DNA of 39,597 nt from NCBI GenBank assembly GCA_964016885.1, contig CAXHJY010000030.1, forward strand, positions 1 through 39,597, written 5' to 3'. Within the stretch, counting starts at the first letter, position 1; every line of letters starts with the position of its first letter. The notes under the pieces are model-generated. The model was not told where the DNA came from. It worked only from the letters and a program-made list of their open reading frames with translations, and searched no databases. Source of the stretch: Eledone cirrhosa. Its lineage: Eukaryota. The translations under genes were made by a program, and so were the position numbers. This document shows, in pieces, positions 39,371 to 39,597 of the stretch.

Positions 39371-39597
39371 GACCATCCGATTCATGATCTCTCCTTCTTC
39401 TATCTCTTTTCCTCTGTTACGCCAGACGCTCAGCTTTCCGACCTTCTGAATCATGATATCTCCTGCTTCTATCTCTTTCACTCTGTTCCGCCAGACTCTC
39501 ACCTCTCCAACCATCCGATTCATGATCTCTCCTTCTCCTGTCTCTTTCTCTCTGTTCCGCCAGACGTTCAGTTCTCCGACCACCCGATTCATGATCT

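Larger units (their letters stand above)
21804..39597 (-). mobile_element. Helitron B: N-terminal half of RepHel with a hugely expanded repeat region; 5' end lies beyond the window
   Basis: Rep motif 1, the N-terminal domain and the Zn-finger-like motif are contiguous with the 69-bp array. Confidence 0.75.
23080..39597 (-). repeat. 69-bp tandem satellite (~240 units, open at window end) encoding a 23-aa STPR-like repeat on the minus strand
   Basis: Plus-strand consensus ATGATCTCTCCTGCTTCTGTCTCTTTCCCTCTGTTCCGCCAGACGTTCAGTTCTCCGACCATCCGATTC (69 nt). Its antisense reads ESDGRRTERLAEQRERDRSRRDH. Confidence 0.95.

Noticed and set aside
23180-39592. Long ORFs in the array (MISPASVSFPLF..., SDHPIHDLSCFCLFP... 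up to 550 aa, and MNRMVGELNVW...) as real genes
   Set aside because: The 69-bp unit is stop-free in four of six frames, so long ORFs arise automatically. Only the ESDGRR frame is in phase with the Helitron GQMYKIC motif and resembles a known domain.
23080-39597. CRISPR-like array
   Set aside because: The units are head-to-tail homologous along their whole length with no unique spacers, the context is eukaryotic, and no cas genes are present.

Overview
Repeat-dominated eukaryotic DNA with no intact host gene recognised. The SINE types and dense (TA)n/(CA)n/(CT)n tracts suggest a mollusc, probably an octopus (inference). Bases 1-4.8 kb hold microsatellites, old SINE remnants and a TTAA-flanked MITE. 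Bases 4.8-18.5 kb hold a nest of at least three Penelope-like retroelement (PLE) families with inverted pseudo-LTRs and hammerhead-ribozyme motifs. The largest PLE is a ~9.8-kb inverted structure: its left arm carries a second PLE, and its right arm carries a bounded but decayed Gypsy LTR element (200-bp LTRs, CACC target duplication). From 18.6 kb to the window end lies a minus-strand Helitron composite: 3' hairpin+CTAG, Pif1 helicase, HUH Rep, then the N-terminal half of a second Helitron. That N-terminal half runs, in its own reading frame, into a >16.5-kb tandem array of 69-bp units. Each unit encodes a 23-aa STPR-like repeat (ESDGRRAERLAEQRERDRSRRDH). The array carries stops and frameshifts that were themselves amplified into higher-order repeats. 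The most notable observation is therefore a satellite DNA apparently born from the protein-coding repeat of a Helitron RepHel gene. All alignments and counts were done by eye.
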